This document shows, one piece after another, positions 18,299-28,077 of a stretch of 64,000 nt of DNA; the first letter of the stretch is position 1; each line of letters begins with the position of its first letter. Under the pieces are notes generated by a model. It was given only the letters and a program-made list of their open reading frames with translations. It had not been told where the DNA came from and ran no database searches. The stretch lies in IMG/VR virus record IMGVR_UViG_3300000233_000006, positions 62,001 to 126,000 of that record; one strand, written 5' to 3'. The translations under genes were made by a program, and so were the position numbers. Source of the stretch: an uncultured virus (IMG/VR IMGVR_UViG_3300000233_000006) (taxonomy: Duplodnaviria > Heunggongvirae > Uroviricota > Caudoviricetes).

Positions 18299-20389
18299 AT
18301 GATTCAGGAAATTGTTAATGGCGCACCTATGATCATCAATTACGGTATTGATGACAAAAGTAAACGCTCCATCCCATACCAAAGTCCATCCATCTCACAG
18401 CACCTGCCTAAATATTTCATTTACGCGCAAAAAGGTCCTGAAGAATCGACTTTAGTATCTCCAAATGATCTCATACGTTTGTATGGCGAAGACACGTTTG
18501 ACCCGAACAAAAAGTTCTTTAATCACTCGACAATTTTTCTTCGCGACACATGCGGCGCGCCAGGACTTGCGTCGAGTGCAATCGTTAAGCGCATCATTCC
18601 TTCGGATGCGGGTCCCAACGCTTCTATTATTCTCTATATCGACATTCTCGAAACAGACGTCGACCTTTACGAGCGTACCGCTGAAGGTCTGATTAAGTAC
18701 GATAGCTTGGGATCACCGCACGTTATCGGAACAACTCCAGGCTCTAAAATTAAGTGGACGTCAGACTATCACAGAAGTCTTAGTTCCGTGAATACACCAG
18801 GCGAACTGACTTCCGGACTTGGAACTCAAACCGATTCGACTGGACGCACCTCAGTACGTTATCCGATCTTCGAATTCAAGGTACGTGACCGTGGTGCAGA
18901 CGGTAATAATGGCGGTGTTCGTCTTTGGTCACCCACGTATTTGACTGAAGTCAATATGCATGACGAATTGCTGAATACCACGCGCGCTTATCCGTACTAC
19001 GTTTCCTTGGTGAACCGTAAAGACGAAAAGTCGCCAGTAAAAGAAGTTCGTACGCGTCGTTACGATACGCGCGCACTCTTTACGTTTGCCCCAGGCGCAA
19101 TCAATCCTCGTACGCAATCAAACACGTACATGAAAGACGTTCTTAATGACGAATACAACGATCCTCAATACGGTCTTACATCAAATTTTGATGACGTCTT
19201 TATTTACCAAGAATACCTCGAAACAGTTCTTGCAAAAATGCATGTGACTGAAAAGGCCTTCATCGACATCTATAGTGACATTTCTGTTGATGAAAGCGAT
19301 TTGTTCTTGATGAATATTATCGGATTGACCACCTCACGAGGAACGCCTTATCACAGTGTTCAGTTCTCCGACGATTTTGACGCAGTCATCATGTCGCGTT
19401 ACGGCAATATCTTTGCCAATGGTGGTGTTGACGGAACGATGAACGACAGTCTTTTTGCTCAGTCTGTCGAACATTTGATGGAAGAATACGCAGATCCCGA
19501 CGCAGAGATTCAAGACTTCGTTCTTTATCCCGAAACCGTCATTTACGACACCGGCTTTCCTTTGTCAACAAAACGCGCACTGGCTAAATTTATCGCCGTT
19601 CGTAAAAATACAGCGGTTGCGTTATCAACATATGTTGCTAAACAACCTAAAACGCTTGCCTCGGATGACTTCTCAATCGGCAGTGCGCTCAAAACATACG
19701 TGGACTTCTATCCAGAAAGCGACTACTTTGGCACACCTACGGTGCGTGGTATTATCGTACCTGGAAGTTCTTTGCTTCTCAATAGTAAATACCGTGAACG
19801 CGTCCCTACGCTTTACGAAGTCGCTATGAAAAGCGCAAGATACATGGGTGCTGCAACGGGATCATGGCGTACTGAAGAAGCATTTGACGAAGCTCCAGGT
19901 AACGTACTCGCGTTTACTTACGACCATTCTCAAACATGGCTACCTGCATCCGCACGTAACAACTACTGGGCGCAAGGCATTAACTGGATCCAGGCTTACG
20001 ACTACCGTCGTTTCCAATTCCCAGCGCTTAAGACCGTATACGGTGCAACATCAACGGACGATACCTCGGTACTCAATAGCTGGTTTACCGTTATCGCAGC
20101 CTCAGCTCTAACAACCATCGGTGCTGCGGCTTATCGCGAAATCGTAGGTACAAGCAGTAAGAGCCCCGCTAAAATCTCTGACAAGATGACTGCATTTATT
20201 AACGGCAAGACGCGCGGTGCGTTTGATAACCGTTTTGTCATCATCCCAGAAGTTACGTTTGATGAACTCGATTTACTTCGAGGTTATAGCTGGCATTTGG
20301 TTTTCAAAATGTATGCGGAAAATATGCGCACCGTTATGACAACGTGGGTCGAGACGTACCGTATCTCCGACCTTGAAGAACTTAACTAA
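18299..20389 (+). CDS. Tail sheath protein (phiKZ gp29-like)
   Basis: 696 aa; NGAP..I.D.S start, QHLP..F...KGP, YG..TFD, IYDTGF motifs; followed by the tube gene. Confidence 0.88.
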   Translation: MIQEIVNGAPMIINYGIDDKSKRSIPYQSPSISQHLPKYFIYAQKGPEESTLVSPNDLIRLYGEDTFDPNKKFFNHSTIFLRDTCGAPGLASSAIVKRIIPSDAGPNASIILYIDILETDVDLYERTAEGLIKYDSLGSPHVIGTTPGSKIKWTSDYHRSLSSVNTPGELTSGLGTQTDSTGRTSVRYPIFEFKVRDRGADGNNGGVRLWSPTYLTEVNMHDELLNTTRAYPYYVSLVNRKDEKSPVKEVRTRRYDTRALFTFAPGAINPRTQSNTYMKDVLNDEYNDPQYGLTSNFDDVFIYQEYLETVLAKMHVTEKAFIDIYSDISVDESDLFLMNIIGLTTSRGTPYHSVQFSDDFDAVIMSRYGNIFANGGVDGTMNDSLFAQSVEHLMEEYADPDAEIQDFVLYPETVIYDTGFPLSTKRALAKFIAVRKNTAVALSTYVAKQPKTLASDDFSIGSALKTYVDFYPESDYFGTPTVRGIIVPGSSLLLNSKYRERVPTLYEVAMKSARYMGAATGSWRTEEAFDEAPGNVLAFTYDHSQTWLPASARNNYWAQGINWIQAYDYRRFQFPALKTVYGATSTDDTSVLNSWFTVIAASALTTIGAAAYREIVGTSSKSPAKISDKMTAFINGKTRGAFDNRFVIIPEVTFDELDLLRGYSWHLVFKMYAENMRTVMTTWVETYRISDLEELN

Positions 20390-20405
20390 TCCGAGGTATT
20401 GACTA

Positions 20406-21413
20406 ATGGCACGTTTAACCGAAGCGCTGATGAAAAAAGAAAGTGGCGATCAGAAGGGTTTGCAAAAATTCTCTAACGCCCCTTTGCTTAACCTTACTTA
20501 CGGCGGTATGCATGGTTGGACACCCAACTACGCCGAATACGTCAACAACCAAGCTTACGTTCGACGTAACTCGGTCTGTATCTTGTTAGAAGCCCCTCGC
20601 TTCTTTTCCTATATGGAAAACGCAGAAGAATACGTTCAGATCCTGAAAATGTTGCTTGAAGAGCATGCGATTAGCTTTGAAGGCTTCAATGCAGAACTGA
20701 CTGTTGAAGTTGACGAACACGCTGTAGGTGGTGGCGGTCAAAAGCAACACGAATACGTTAACGTCACTATGGCGCAAAGCGAGCCTGTTTACAACTTCGT
20801 TGAAAAATACGGCCGTCCTATCCAGATGTATATCGAAACATGGATCCGTTACGGCATCATGGATCCCGATACTAAGTTTGCACTCATTAACACGATTGCA
20901 AACAAAGGAACAAATGGCACGGACTATGTCACCGACATGTTATCCGACATGTATAGTTGCACCGTCCTCGTTATGGAAATGGATCCTACTCATACAACGG
21001 TTGTAAAATCGTTTATCTGCACGAACATGTTTCCAAAGACAACGGGTGAAATTGTTGCTAAGCGTGACCTGACACAGAATAACGAAATCCTGAATCTGAG
21101 TATCCCGTTTACAGGACTGACGCAGTCCAACGCGGGTACTAATGAATTTGCTCAGAAAATCCTGAACAACATTCAGCAAAAGGGTGCCTCACCCTACATG
21201 CGTAAAGCATTTACTGAACTTCAGCGTAACAAAGACCTTTATAACCAAGAAGGCTTCTCTGCGGTTGAAGGTGCTAAGAAAGGATATGAATCCGATCTTG
21301 AAGCTGTGACGACTGAGCGCGTCGAAGGCTTTACGGGCTTTAAACCTAATCCGTCAGGTAATTTCCTGGATGGCATTGGTAATACTGGATCGATTACAAC
21401 GAACAATATTTAA
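20406..21413 (+). CDS. Tail tube / major virion protein (phiKZ gp30-like)
   Basis: 335 aa directly after sheath; NQAYVRRN..LLEAP, EKYGRPI, MDPDTK motifs. Confidence 0.82.
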   Translation: MARLTEALMKKESGDQKGLQKFSNAPLLNLTYGGMHGWTPNYAEYVNNQAYVRRNSVCILLEAPRFFSYMENAEEYVQILKMLLEEHAISFEGFNAELTVEVDEHAVGGGGQKQHEYVNVTMAQSEPVYNFVEKYGRPIQMYIETWIRYGIMDPDTKFALINTIANKGTNGTDYVTDMLSDMYSCTVLVMEMDPTHTTVVKSFICTNMFPKTTGEIVAKRDLTQNNEILNLSIPFTGLTQSNAGTNEFAQKILNNIQQKGASPYMRKAFTELQRNKDLYNQEGFSAVEGAKKGYESDLEAVTTERVEGFTGFKPNPSGNFLDGIGNTGSITTNNI

Positions 21414-21420
21414 ATAAAAA

Positions 21421-21460
21421 AAATAACATCGGGTGACATTAGTGTCACTCGATGCTATTT
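21421..21460. terminator. Bidirectional terminator
   Basis: Imperfect hairpin AAATAACATCGGGTGACA-ttag-TGTCACTCGATGCTATTT between convergent genes. Confidence 0.7.
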
Positions 21461-21487
21461 AACGTAAGTTCGATTTCAGACATTCGT

Positions 21488-21943
21488 TTAATTGAAACGA
21501 CCGTTAGCCTTTATAAACCTGGCATAGTTAACTAACTCTTCCCTCACCTTTTGGTAATTTTTATTATCCTCTGGCGCGACGGCTCTAAATCGACAGTCGA
21601 CGTACCTCTCATGAATTTTACCTTCGACAATATCCCCGTCAATAACAAAGTCAGTTAAAGAAAATTCAGCATTCATTACATGAACTTCCTTTTCAGTCCC
21701 TATGTTAATATTGAAGGAATGTTTATCGTTCTCATCATGAAGAAACGCCCTTTCATAGATAACATGTTTACCTAAAGAAAGGTAAATCGCCGCAATAAAA
21801 TCACTTTCGTACCTGCGAATTTTTTCTACCATTTCTGAAGTGATGCCTTCGGGCAAGCACTTTTCAAAAAAATGTCCTTCGTCATTTTCCGTTAACGACG
21901 TAAATTTTAAAGAGAGACTTAGAATTTCTGGACTTAAAGTCAT
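21488..21943 (-). CDS. Hypothetical protein, paralogue of 21993..22454
   Basis: 151 aa; LPEGITSEMVEKIRRYESDFIAA. Confidence 0.75.
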   Translation of the reverse strand: MTLSPEILSLSLKFTSLTENDEGHFFEKCLPEGITSEMVEKIRRYESDFIAAIYLSLGKHVIYERAFLHDENDKHSFNINIGTEKEVHVMNAEFSLTDFVIDGDIVEGKIHERYVDCRFRAVAPEDNKNYQKVREELVNYARFIKANGRFN

Positions 21944-21959
21944 GGGAGTACTCCATAAA

Positions 21960-21987
21960 AACTAGACTGTGCGAACACAGTCTAGTT
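21960..21987 (-). terminator. Intrinsic terminator
   Basis: AACTAGACTGTG-cgaa-CACAGTCTAGTT (UUCG loop on minus strand) plus T-run. Confidence 0.8.
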
Positions 21988-21992
21988 AAGGG

Positions 21993-22454
21993 TTATTTAA
22001 AAGAAGCTACTGCTAGTGCTTCCAGGTCCGCACGTACGGCTTTAAGCTGACCCGCTGCCTTGCCTGATTTGGCATGGATTGTCGTATGCAGAGACGTTTT
22101 GCGAGGCTCGGTTTCAGTAGCGTTACCGAAACCACCTTGGCCTGGTACAGCATGTGACATAGTGTGTGTCGCAGACAAATACTTCTTGTCTTCTCCACTC
22201 ATTTCAAATGTACCTGTGATCGGGTCCTTAAACCCGTCTGCCATGGCCTTAACTGCGATCGCACCAACGGCATGCGCCGAAGCCGCAATGAAATTTACAT
22301 CGTGCTTACGCACCTCTGTCACGATGACAGGAGTCAAATTTTCAGGAAGTGTTTTGTTATACACCCCATCAGTATTTGTGATCGTATCGCCTTCAAGCGA
22401 TACGATTTCCTGAATCAACTTAGACATGTTCAAAACTTCTTCACGAATAGCCAT
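21993..22454 (-). CDS. Conserved jumbo-phage early protein
   Basis: 153 aa; AGGAG RBS; LPENLTPVIVTEVRKHDVNFIAA; behind an early promoter. Confidence 0.8.
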   Translation of the reverse strand: MAIREEVLNMSKLIQEIVSLEGDTITNTDGVYNKTLPENLTPVIVTEVRKHDVNFIAASAHAVGAIAVKAMADGFKDPITGTFEMSGEDKKYLSATHTMSHAVPGQGGFGNATETEPRKTSLHTTIHAKSGKAAGQLKAVRADLEALAVASFK

Positions 22455-22507
22455 CTTTTGTCTCCTAGGACTGTTGTAGAAAAGACTTGATGCATCAAGT
22501 CACATAA

Positions 22508-22515
22508 GTAATATA
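22508..22515 (-). promoter_or_regulatory. Early promoter TATATTAC
   Basis: Exact motif between a terminator and 22454. Confidence 0.75.
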
Positions 22516-22530
22516 TCTCCGTAAAAATTT

Positions 22531-22565
22531 ACCTTGTATCCCGGAATAAACCCGGGATACAAGGT
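22531..22565. terminator. Hairpin terminator
   Basis: ACCTTGTATCCCGG-7 nt-CCGGGATACAAGGT. Confidence 0.75.
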
Positions 22566-22567
22566 CT

Positions 22568-23323
22568 CTACCACAAAAGGTGACGAGGTGTTTCGCATGT
22601 TACTATTTGACGAGGTTGTAAAGCTGATAAGCTTTCATTCATGAGTAACGTCGAACTTTCGTGAGCAAGTCCGAGTTTCTGACGACGCTCTAAAGCGTGT
22701 TCAAGTTCTTTAGCCTGAAAAGGTTCTTCAATTAACGTTTCAAGAGAAGGTGAATTGAGTTTTTCAGCAATCGAAATCCCGCCTTCATTGACGAGATCAA
22801 AGGTTACGACAGTCTTCAATACACGAACTGTCTCTCCTCGCTCGTAGAAGTCTTCTGTGATGCCGCGAATACTAAAGGCTGTATTCTCATTAGGGTTCTT
22901 TAAAACATCCTCTAAAGCCGCCTTCTTCGCTCCTGAGGGTATGACGTTAGCCATGATCGCAACAACCTTTCGCCCATTGACTTTAATATAGTCGTCATCA
23001 AGCCAAATGTCTTTAAAATGCGCGCAGAAATTAGGCTCGTAAAGATCATGAACGCGATCTAACCATTCATCACGCGACATTCCTGACTGAAACCGTGGAT
23101 GACCAAGTTCACCGCGCAAGGCGCCATTTCGTACACGACGCATTAAGGGAGACGATTCCTTAAATAGATCCTCGGCACCTTTAAGCGCATAAAAATGACC
23201 TGAACTATTATGCATGTTTAAACCACCAACAACCATGGTGTAATAGCCGTCACTATTAGGTTTAACGATACCTCGTTTAGTGGTATCGCGAAGACGCATG
23301 CTCGAAAACATAACTGTAGACAT
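22568..23323 (-). CDS. Prohead protease (phiKZ gp175-like)
   Basis: GELGHP, FSIRG and TFDLVNEG motifs of T4 gp21/phiKZ gp175-type proteases. Confidence 0.88.
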   Translation of the reverse strand: MSTVMFSSMRLRDTTKRGIVKPNSDGYYTMVVGGLNMHNSSGHFYALKGAEDLFKESSPLMRRVRNGALRGELGHPRFQSGMSRDEWLDRVHDLYEPNFCAHFKDIWLDDDYIKVNGRKVVAIMANVIPSGAKKAALEDVLKNPNENTAFSIRGITEDFYERGETVRVLKTVVTFDLVNEGGISIAEKLNSPSLETLIEEPFQAKELEHALERRQKLGLAHESSTLLMNESLSALQPRQIVTCETPRHLLW

Positions 23324-23367
23324 ATCAGGCTCCGATTTTTATTATCATATAATTATTTTGAAACAGT

Positions 23368-23399
23368 TAGGGTATCTGGACGATCGTCCAGATACCCTA
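23368..23399. terminator. 32-bp perfect palindrome
   Basis: TAGGGTATCTGGACGA|TCGTCCAGATACCCTA. Confidence 0.65.
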
Positions 23400-23460
23400 G
23401 GCCTCTAAGGCATGGTTTTAAAGATTTCACATTCAATAAACCAGTTTAGAACCGTAATTA

Positions 23461-24072
23461 TTAAACACTCTTAACAAATACTTCGCTTCGAACCATCCAG
23501 TTATAGGCAAAAGGTGCTACCGTACTGATATTGAAATCTGGAGTCGCTTTATTTGTGATAGTTAGAATGACGATTTCATTTTCATTTGCTGGGAGAGGTA
23601 TAGATGTTTTACCTTGCTCATAAAAGATGGCGCCGCCATGAGCGTCCCTAATGGTCAACGGCTGATTCGTACTGTAGTACGTAAGTTCAAGGGTAAAAGT
23701 CTTAGCCTGTATACCAGACTCAGCAAGAGTCTGGGATCCTTCTATTTTAGTTTGATGTCCTTCAAGTATTAGTGTTGGGTTAGTTGAATTTAAGCCTTCA
23801 ACGTGATAATAATACTGAGGGTTGGTAATAACGGTCTGATTTATTGCGCTCGCACTATTAAGTGTTTTCCGAGACATTTCCTCATATACCTTAGCAGCAA
23901 AAAATTCACTGCTCCAGTCATCGAAACCAAACCTTCCACTTGAACCGTCGTTATTTGATACGAACATTCTCAGCATATGCTGCTGATCCATATTTTCGAC
24001 CAGATAGACAGTATCCGGCTTATATGGATAAAGGTTGTCAAAGTCGCTATCCAAAATTTTTAAAAGATTCAT
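23461..24072 (-). CDS. Putative virion accessory (fibre/decoration) protein
   Basis: 203 aa; shares N-terminal motif with the two neighbours. Confidence 0.65.
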   Translation of the reverse strand: MNLLKILDSDFDNLYPYKPDTVYLVENMDQQHMLRMFVSNNDGSSGRFGFDDWSSEFFAAKVYEEMSRKTLNSASAINQTVITNPQYYYHVEGLNSTNPTLILEGHQTKIEGSQTLAESGIQAKTFTLELTYYSTNQPLTIRDAHGGAIFYEQGKTSIPLPANENEIVILTITNKATPDFNISTVAPFAYNWMVRSEVFVKSV

Positions 24073-24099
24073 TTTACATATCCTGGTTGGTTAAAAGGA

Positions 24100-24135
24100 A
24101 AAAAAGAGGTTGTGTCTCTACACAACCTCTTTTTT
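24100..24135. terminator. Intrinsic terminator
   Basis: AAAAAAGAGGTTGTG-6 nt-CACAACCTCTTTTTT. Confidence 0.8.
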
Positions 24136-24147
24136 AGAGCGAAAATA

Positions 24148-24663
24148 TTACCAAGCCGCAGGCGCGGTATTGACAACAACAACAGCGGGGTTAACGCCGT
24201 CGTTAAAGGTCAGGTCGCCAGTAACGGCATCAAAAGCCAAGCCGCTAACGGCAAGCGGGATACCTTGAAGTGCGGACCAGCTCTGAACCAGGTCAAGTGA
24301 TTCGGCTTCGTAGGTTTTGATCCAGGAAGACGTAGTGACGTTATAGATGTAACCAGCGCCGCCGGAAAGGACGGTCGCGTCGCCAGTCGCGTCGATGACG
24401 ACAACTTCTTGTGCGGAAGTTGGAACTGGCAGCGCATCACGCGCGGCGATATTGGCAACAACAACCGCAGATTTTACCATGGCGACAGCATTACTGATCG
24501 CCGTGTTAATGTCTGAAGTGGTATCAATACGTAGGGTAGAGGTACCGAGATTATCAGAAACGTGAATTTCAAGCTTACCAACAGCAGTGGTGCCTGATTT
24601 CAACAGGTAGACGGTGCTAGGCGAAAGGATGGCTGGCAGTCCAGTAACAAAACGAATGTTCAT
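24148..24663 (-). CDS. Putative virion accessory (fibre/decoration) protein
   Basis: 171 aa, Ala/Val/Thr-rich; VANIAARDAL..V.DATGD motif typical of fibre proteins; AGGAG RBS. Confidence 0.7.
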   Translation of the reverse strand: MNIRFVTGLPAILSPSTVYLLKSGTTAVGKLEIHVSDNLGTSTLRIDTTSDINTAISNAVAMVKSAVVVANIAARDALPVPTSAQEVVVIDATGDATVLSGGAGYIYNVTTSSWIKTYEAESLDLVQSWSALQGIPLAVSGLAFDAVTGDLTFNDGVNPAVVVVNTAPAAW

Positions 24664-24735
24664 AAAAAAACTCCTGAATGAAGGATAAGCGCATGACTAT
24701 TTCTAGTCATATAATGGCCAATGACTTAAATAGGG

Positions 24736-25314
24736 TTAATATTGCCCGAAAATATCGCCTTCAATAACCCAGTTGCGTACGGTATCGCCATCAACGCGAG
24801 TAAGCGTTTTTGCCTTTAATTTCAATATCTCTAGTGAAGTGGAAGGTAAAGTAATCGGGCTTGCGTCCCTGTAACGAATGACTGAGCCGTTGGCTGAAGA
24901 GATGCTGAAAGTGTTCACAGTCCAGTCGGTATTAAAGATCTCGATTTCATAATCGGCGATACAATTTTCAGTGGGTGAACCGGCAGTGAGGTCGGGTCCG
25001 ATAAGATTGATGACACCGCCAGGCGCGGTAATTTCAATTTTAATGTATGTTTTAACAGAAGTAACGTCAAGGGTTACCGCACCATTAAATACGTGTACAG
25101 TAGGAACCGTACATGCACCGGCACCTCCGATAGAAGTGTCGATCATACCTTGAACATCAGCATGGTCGATGATACGACGAACTCCAGTACCGAGGTTATT
25201 CGCAACATACATTCTTGTGATTTCAGCACGTACTCCGTCAGTCTCCATATAAATAGCGTTTGGGACGAATGAGCTCAAACCGCTCATGTTGGTGGTTTTA
25301 ATAATAGTGGACAT
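24736..25314 (-). CDS. Putative virion accessory (fibre/decoration) protein
   Basis: 192 aa, beta-rich; shared N-terminal motif. Confidence 0.65.
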   Translation of the reverse strand: MSTIIKTTNMSGLSSFVPNAIYMETDGVRAEITRMYVANNLGTGVRRIIDHADVQGMIDTSIGGAGACTVPTVHVFNGAVTLDVTSVKTYIKIEITAPGGVINLIGPDLTAGSPTENCIADYEIEIFNTDWTVNTFSISSANGSVIRYRDASPITLPSTSLEILKLKAKTLTRVDGDTVRNWVIEGDIFGQY

Positions 25315-25326
25315 AGAAAAGACTCT

Positions 25327-26052
25327 CTAAGTTCTTAAAAAAGTTTCGATAGCACTGGACTCTTTTGTGGTCGTTGTAAGTGCCGATACAACGCCTTCGC
25401 TCATGTATGCTCCAGCGAGTTTATCAAACGTCGATGTCGCATTATAGGTCACGTTCTTAAGCGGAACGTAAGTCGGTAAGATACGGTCGACATCTTCAAA
25501 TGACTTTAAAAAATGTCGATAATACACCATGGTATTCTTAGGACTTCTACTAATGAAGGAAACGATTAAGTCAGTGACTTCGTTTCGATTACCGATGTTC
25601 GCTCCAGCATATTCTTTACTATTTTCAATAAAGGCAGGAAGATCGTCGTAGGTCATGTACCAAGGTATATTACCTTTTTGCACAAGCTCGTCAAAGATGT
25701 AATAAACGAGTGTACTTTCTTTAACGACATTTAAGTTTTTGATAACGGTCGAACCTTTATCAAATTCAAACGAAAGATATTCGACGCCTTGAATCATTTT
25801 GTTTGAAACGCCTAAGGGTTCGATTTGAACCATTGAAGGGATGTTAATTAAAGCATATTCACCCGTCTCTAAAATGATTGGGAAAATACCTAAAATATAA
25901 ACCTCCTTTCCGATACTCGCGAGCTTTCGATCTGACCATCGTGAAGGAATTTGAATCGTGCACGCTACTTTAGTGACAAGTGTCGTTTCTTTTATTTCTA
26001 CAAGGGATGACAATACCTTTTTCTTATCTCGCTTAAGTCCGGTGATATCCAT
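25327..26052 (-). CDS. Conserved head/vRNAP-associated protein (phiKZ gp176-like)
   Basis: 241 aa; GNIPWYMTYDD motif; position between protease and vRNAP genes. Confidence 0.65.
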   Translation of the reverse strand: MDITGLKRDKKKVLSSLVEIKETTLVTKVACTIQIPSRWSDRKLASIGKEVYILGIFPIILETGEYALINIPSMVQIEPLGVSNKMIQGVEYLSFEFDKGSTVIKNLNVVKESTLVYYIFDELVQKGNIPWYMTYDDLPAFIENSKEYAGANIGNRNEVTDLIVSFISRSPKNTMVYYRHFLKSFEDVDRILPTYVPLKNVTYNATSTFDKLAGAYMSEGVVSALTTTTKESSAIETFLRT

Positions 26053-26057
26053 TCTGT

Positions 26058-26270
26058 TTACCAGGATTCTTGAGAAAGTAACAAGGTTTTATCATCAACA
26101 ACCTCGCCATTGAAAATTAACTTTCCGTTAGTAACATCGATACGGTTAAGTGTGGCTAGATTAGAATGAGTATGGTCTAAAACTATTCCTGTGTTAGGGT
26201 TTAAATTAGCTGTCACGTGAGGACTTCTCATTTCCCTCGTTAAACTACTCGACGTTAAAAAAATCCTCAT
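26058..26270 (-). CDS. Small fibre-related protein
   Basis: 70 aa; HTHSNLATLNRI..GKLIFNG..W; ATGA overlap with the upstream gene. Confidence 0.65.
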   Translation of the reverse strand: MRIFLTSSSLTREMRSPHVTANLNPNTGIVLDHTHSNLATLNRIDVTNGKLIFNGEVVDDKTLLLSQESW

Positions 26271-26638
26271 TTTAACATCACCTCTTCACCGATAACCCGA
26301 ACGACAAAGTCGCTCGAAACAGTTTCTATTACGATTTTTTCAAGCTGACTTAACGATTCGTTTGAACGAACGAAAAGGGCTGAAGGATCGACTGAAATAT
26401 TCTTTTCGATAAGATCAATACGTCCTGGCGTTTTACTCGTGGTAATGTAGAGATTAAACATCGAAACTGTATTCCCTGTATTAAGAATACAGATAGTTAA
26501 AGACGGAACCCAGGCGTTCTTATCGACTTCATAAATGAAATCTAAGCCCGAACCTGAAGTAACGATTTTTGCGAGTAGGCCTTTATTAATTAAAGGTAAG
26601 GCGCTCGTATTAATACTTGGTTTTAAAACGGTATTCAT
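26267..26638 (-). CDS. Small beta-rich putative structural protein
   Basis: ORF 26267..26671; ATG at 26638 preferred (GAGGT RBS). Confidence 0.65.
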   Translation of the reverse strand: MNTVLKPSINTSALPLINKGLLAKIVTSGSGLDFIYEVDKNAWVPSLTICILNTGNTVSMFNLYITTSKTPGRIDLIEKNISVDPSALFVRSNESLSQLEKIVIETVSSDFVVRVIGEEVMLK

Positions 26639-26657
26639 AAGGACCTCTGAACGTAGG

Positions 26658-28076
26658 TTAGTTACGTTCAATCCGTACTTGTGACATTAGGAAGTTAACG
26701 ATGTACTTTGAATAAGCAATCATTGATACTTCACGAATGTCAAGTTTAGGTTGTTCTTTAGCGATTTCATTCATCCATCTGAGGATAAGTGAGGCGTCTG
26801 TATAGTAGAAGCGAACTTCAGTCATGATGCGAGAACAGACGTCGTAGACGTTCATAAGGTCTTCACGCTTCAAATTAAGAAGAGCTTCTTTAAACAGTTT
26901 ACTAACGACATCGTCATAACTCGTATCTTTAGACCGGACGTCGTGTTCGGCATCGCTTTTGCTAAGAAGAAGGCGAATAAATTCGATTTCCATCGAAGTT
27001 TTAAAGGCACTAAACTTTTCGTTTTTTTCGTGCGCTTCTGTAACACTCGAGAAGGTACGCCATGAGGACTCCAGATCGTTACGATGCGTAACAAATTCTT
27101 TCTGAGAGAAATAGTTCTTATTCGTTACAACGCTCGCCATCACGTGAGTCGGTGAACCACCAGTCTTCAAAAAGTCACGATAGACAGGACCGATGACATA
27201 AACGACGGTTTTTACATAAGCTTTATCAGCAAACGTTCGGTTACTGATAAGAACATTTGAATGACAGGACGCGTCAAAGTTTTTCTTGAGTCGAACAAGT
27301 GTCGACCCGGCATAGTCGCGCATTTGACGAAGGAATGACTTAACTTTGGCCGCACTAACGCTGCCTTTAGCATAACCAACGAGCGCTTCTGGATTTCGTG
27401 ATAAGAAGAAAATGATCGAAAGGATGTTTGAGCGTTCGATGTAGGTTGTTTTGAGAGGATCTAATTGATTTGTCAGATTATCATTTCGATTCATACTTCC
27501 GATAAAGAAATTCTTGAAAACTTTAGAAACAAGTAAACCTTGGTCGGTTTCAGTATCCGCAATTTCAAAAAGTTCACGATCCATCTCATTAAAAAGTCCT
27601 GAAGCCAGGATCTTTTTAAGGTCTTCAGGACTCACGTCGTCAAAAGAAACATCCAAGAATTGTGATTCAGGAAGTGAAGGCAGGTGACCGTCGTATGATT
27701 CGAGGATGTCCGTGAATTCAAGACTGTTGATAAATTCAGGCATGTCTTCTTCGATAATCGTAATCATCGCGTTTTCATTTCTTACTGGTGTCTTTTGCAT
27801 GGTGACCATAACGGCCTCAGCATACTCTTTAACCAAAGGAATGATTTCTGACCGAGTCATAGTCATGTGGCGCTTAATGTGTTTCGACAGGTCCTGAACA
27901 AAAGGTTCAAGCAACGCATCGTACTCAGGTGTCAACTTATCGTATTCAAAACACGTTAAGGCACTTGGAACGAGATGCCCTACAATCGTTTCAGGCAAAG
28001 CTTCGAAATTAATTTTACCTGAACCACCCATCCGATCGTAAATCGCACGTGTCGTTTTTTCAATTACGTTAATCAT
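26658..28076 (-). CDS. Conserved virion protein (phiKZ gp177-like)
   Basis: 472 aa; synteny just downstream of vRNAP beta. Confidence 0.65.
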   Translation of the reverse strand: MINVIEKTTRAIYDRMGGSGKINFEALPETIVGHLVPSALTCFEYDKLTPEYDALLEPFVQDLSKHIKRHMTMTRSEIIPLVKEYAEAVMVTMQKTPVRNENAMITIIEEDMPEFINSLEFTDILESYDGHLPSLPESQFLDVSFDDVSPEDLKKILASGLFNEMDRELFEIADTETDQGLLVSKVFKNFFIGSMNRNDNLTNQLDPLKTTYIERSNILSIIFFLSRNPEALVGYAKGSVSAAKVKSFLRQMRDYAGSTLVRLKKNFDASCHSNVLISNRTFADKAYVKTVVYVIGPVYRDFLKTGGSPTHVMASVVTNKNYFSQKEFVTHRNDLESSWRTFSSVTEAHEKNEKFSAFKTSMEIEFIRLLLSKSDAEHDVRSKDTSYDDVVSKLFKEALLNLKREDLMNVYDVCSRIMTEVRFYYTDASLILRWMNEIAKEQPKLDIREVSMIAYSKYIVNFLMSQVRIERN

Positions 28077-28077
28077 C

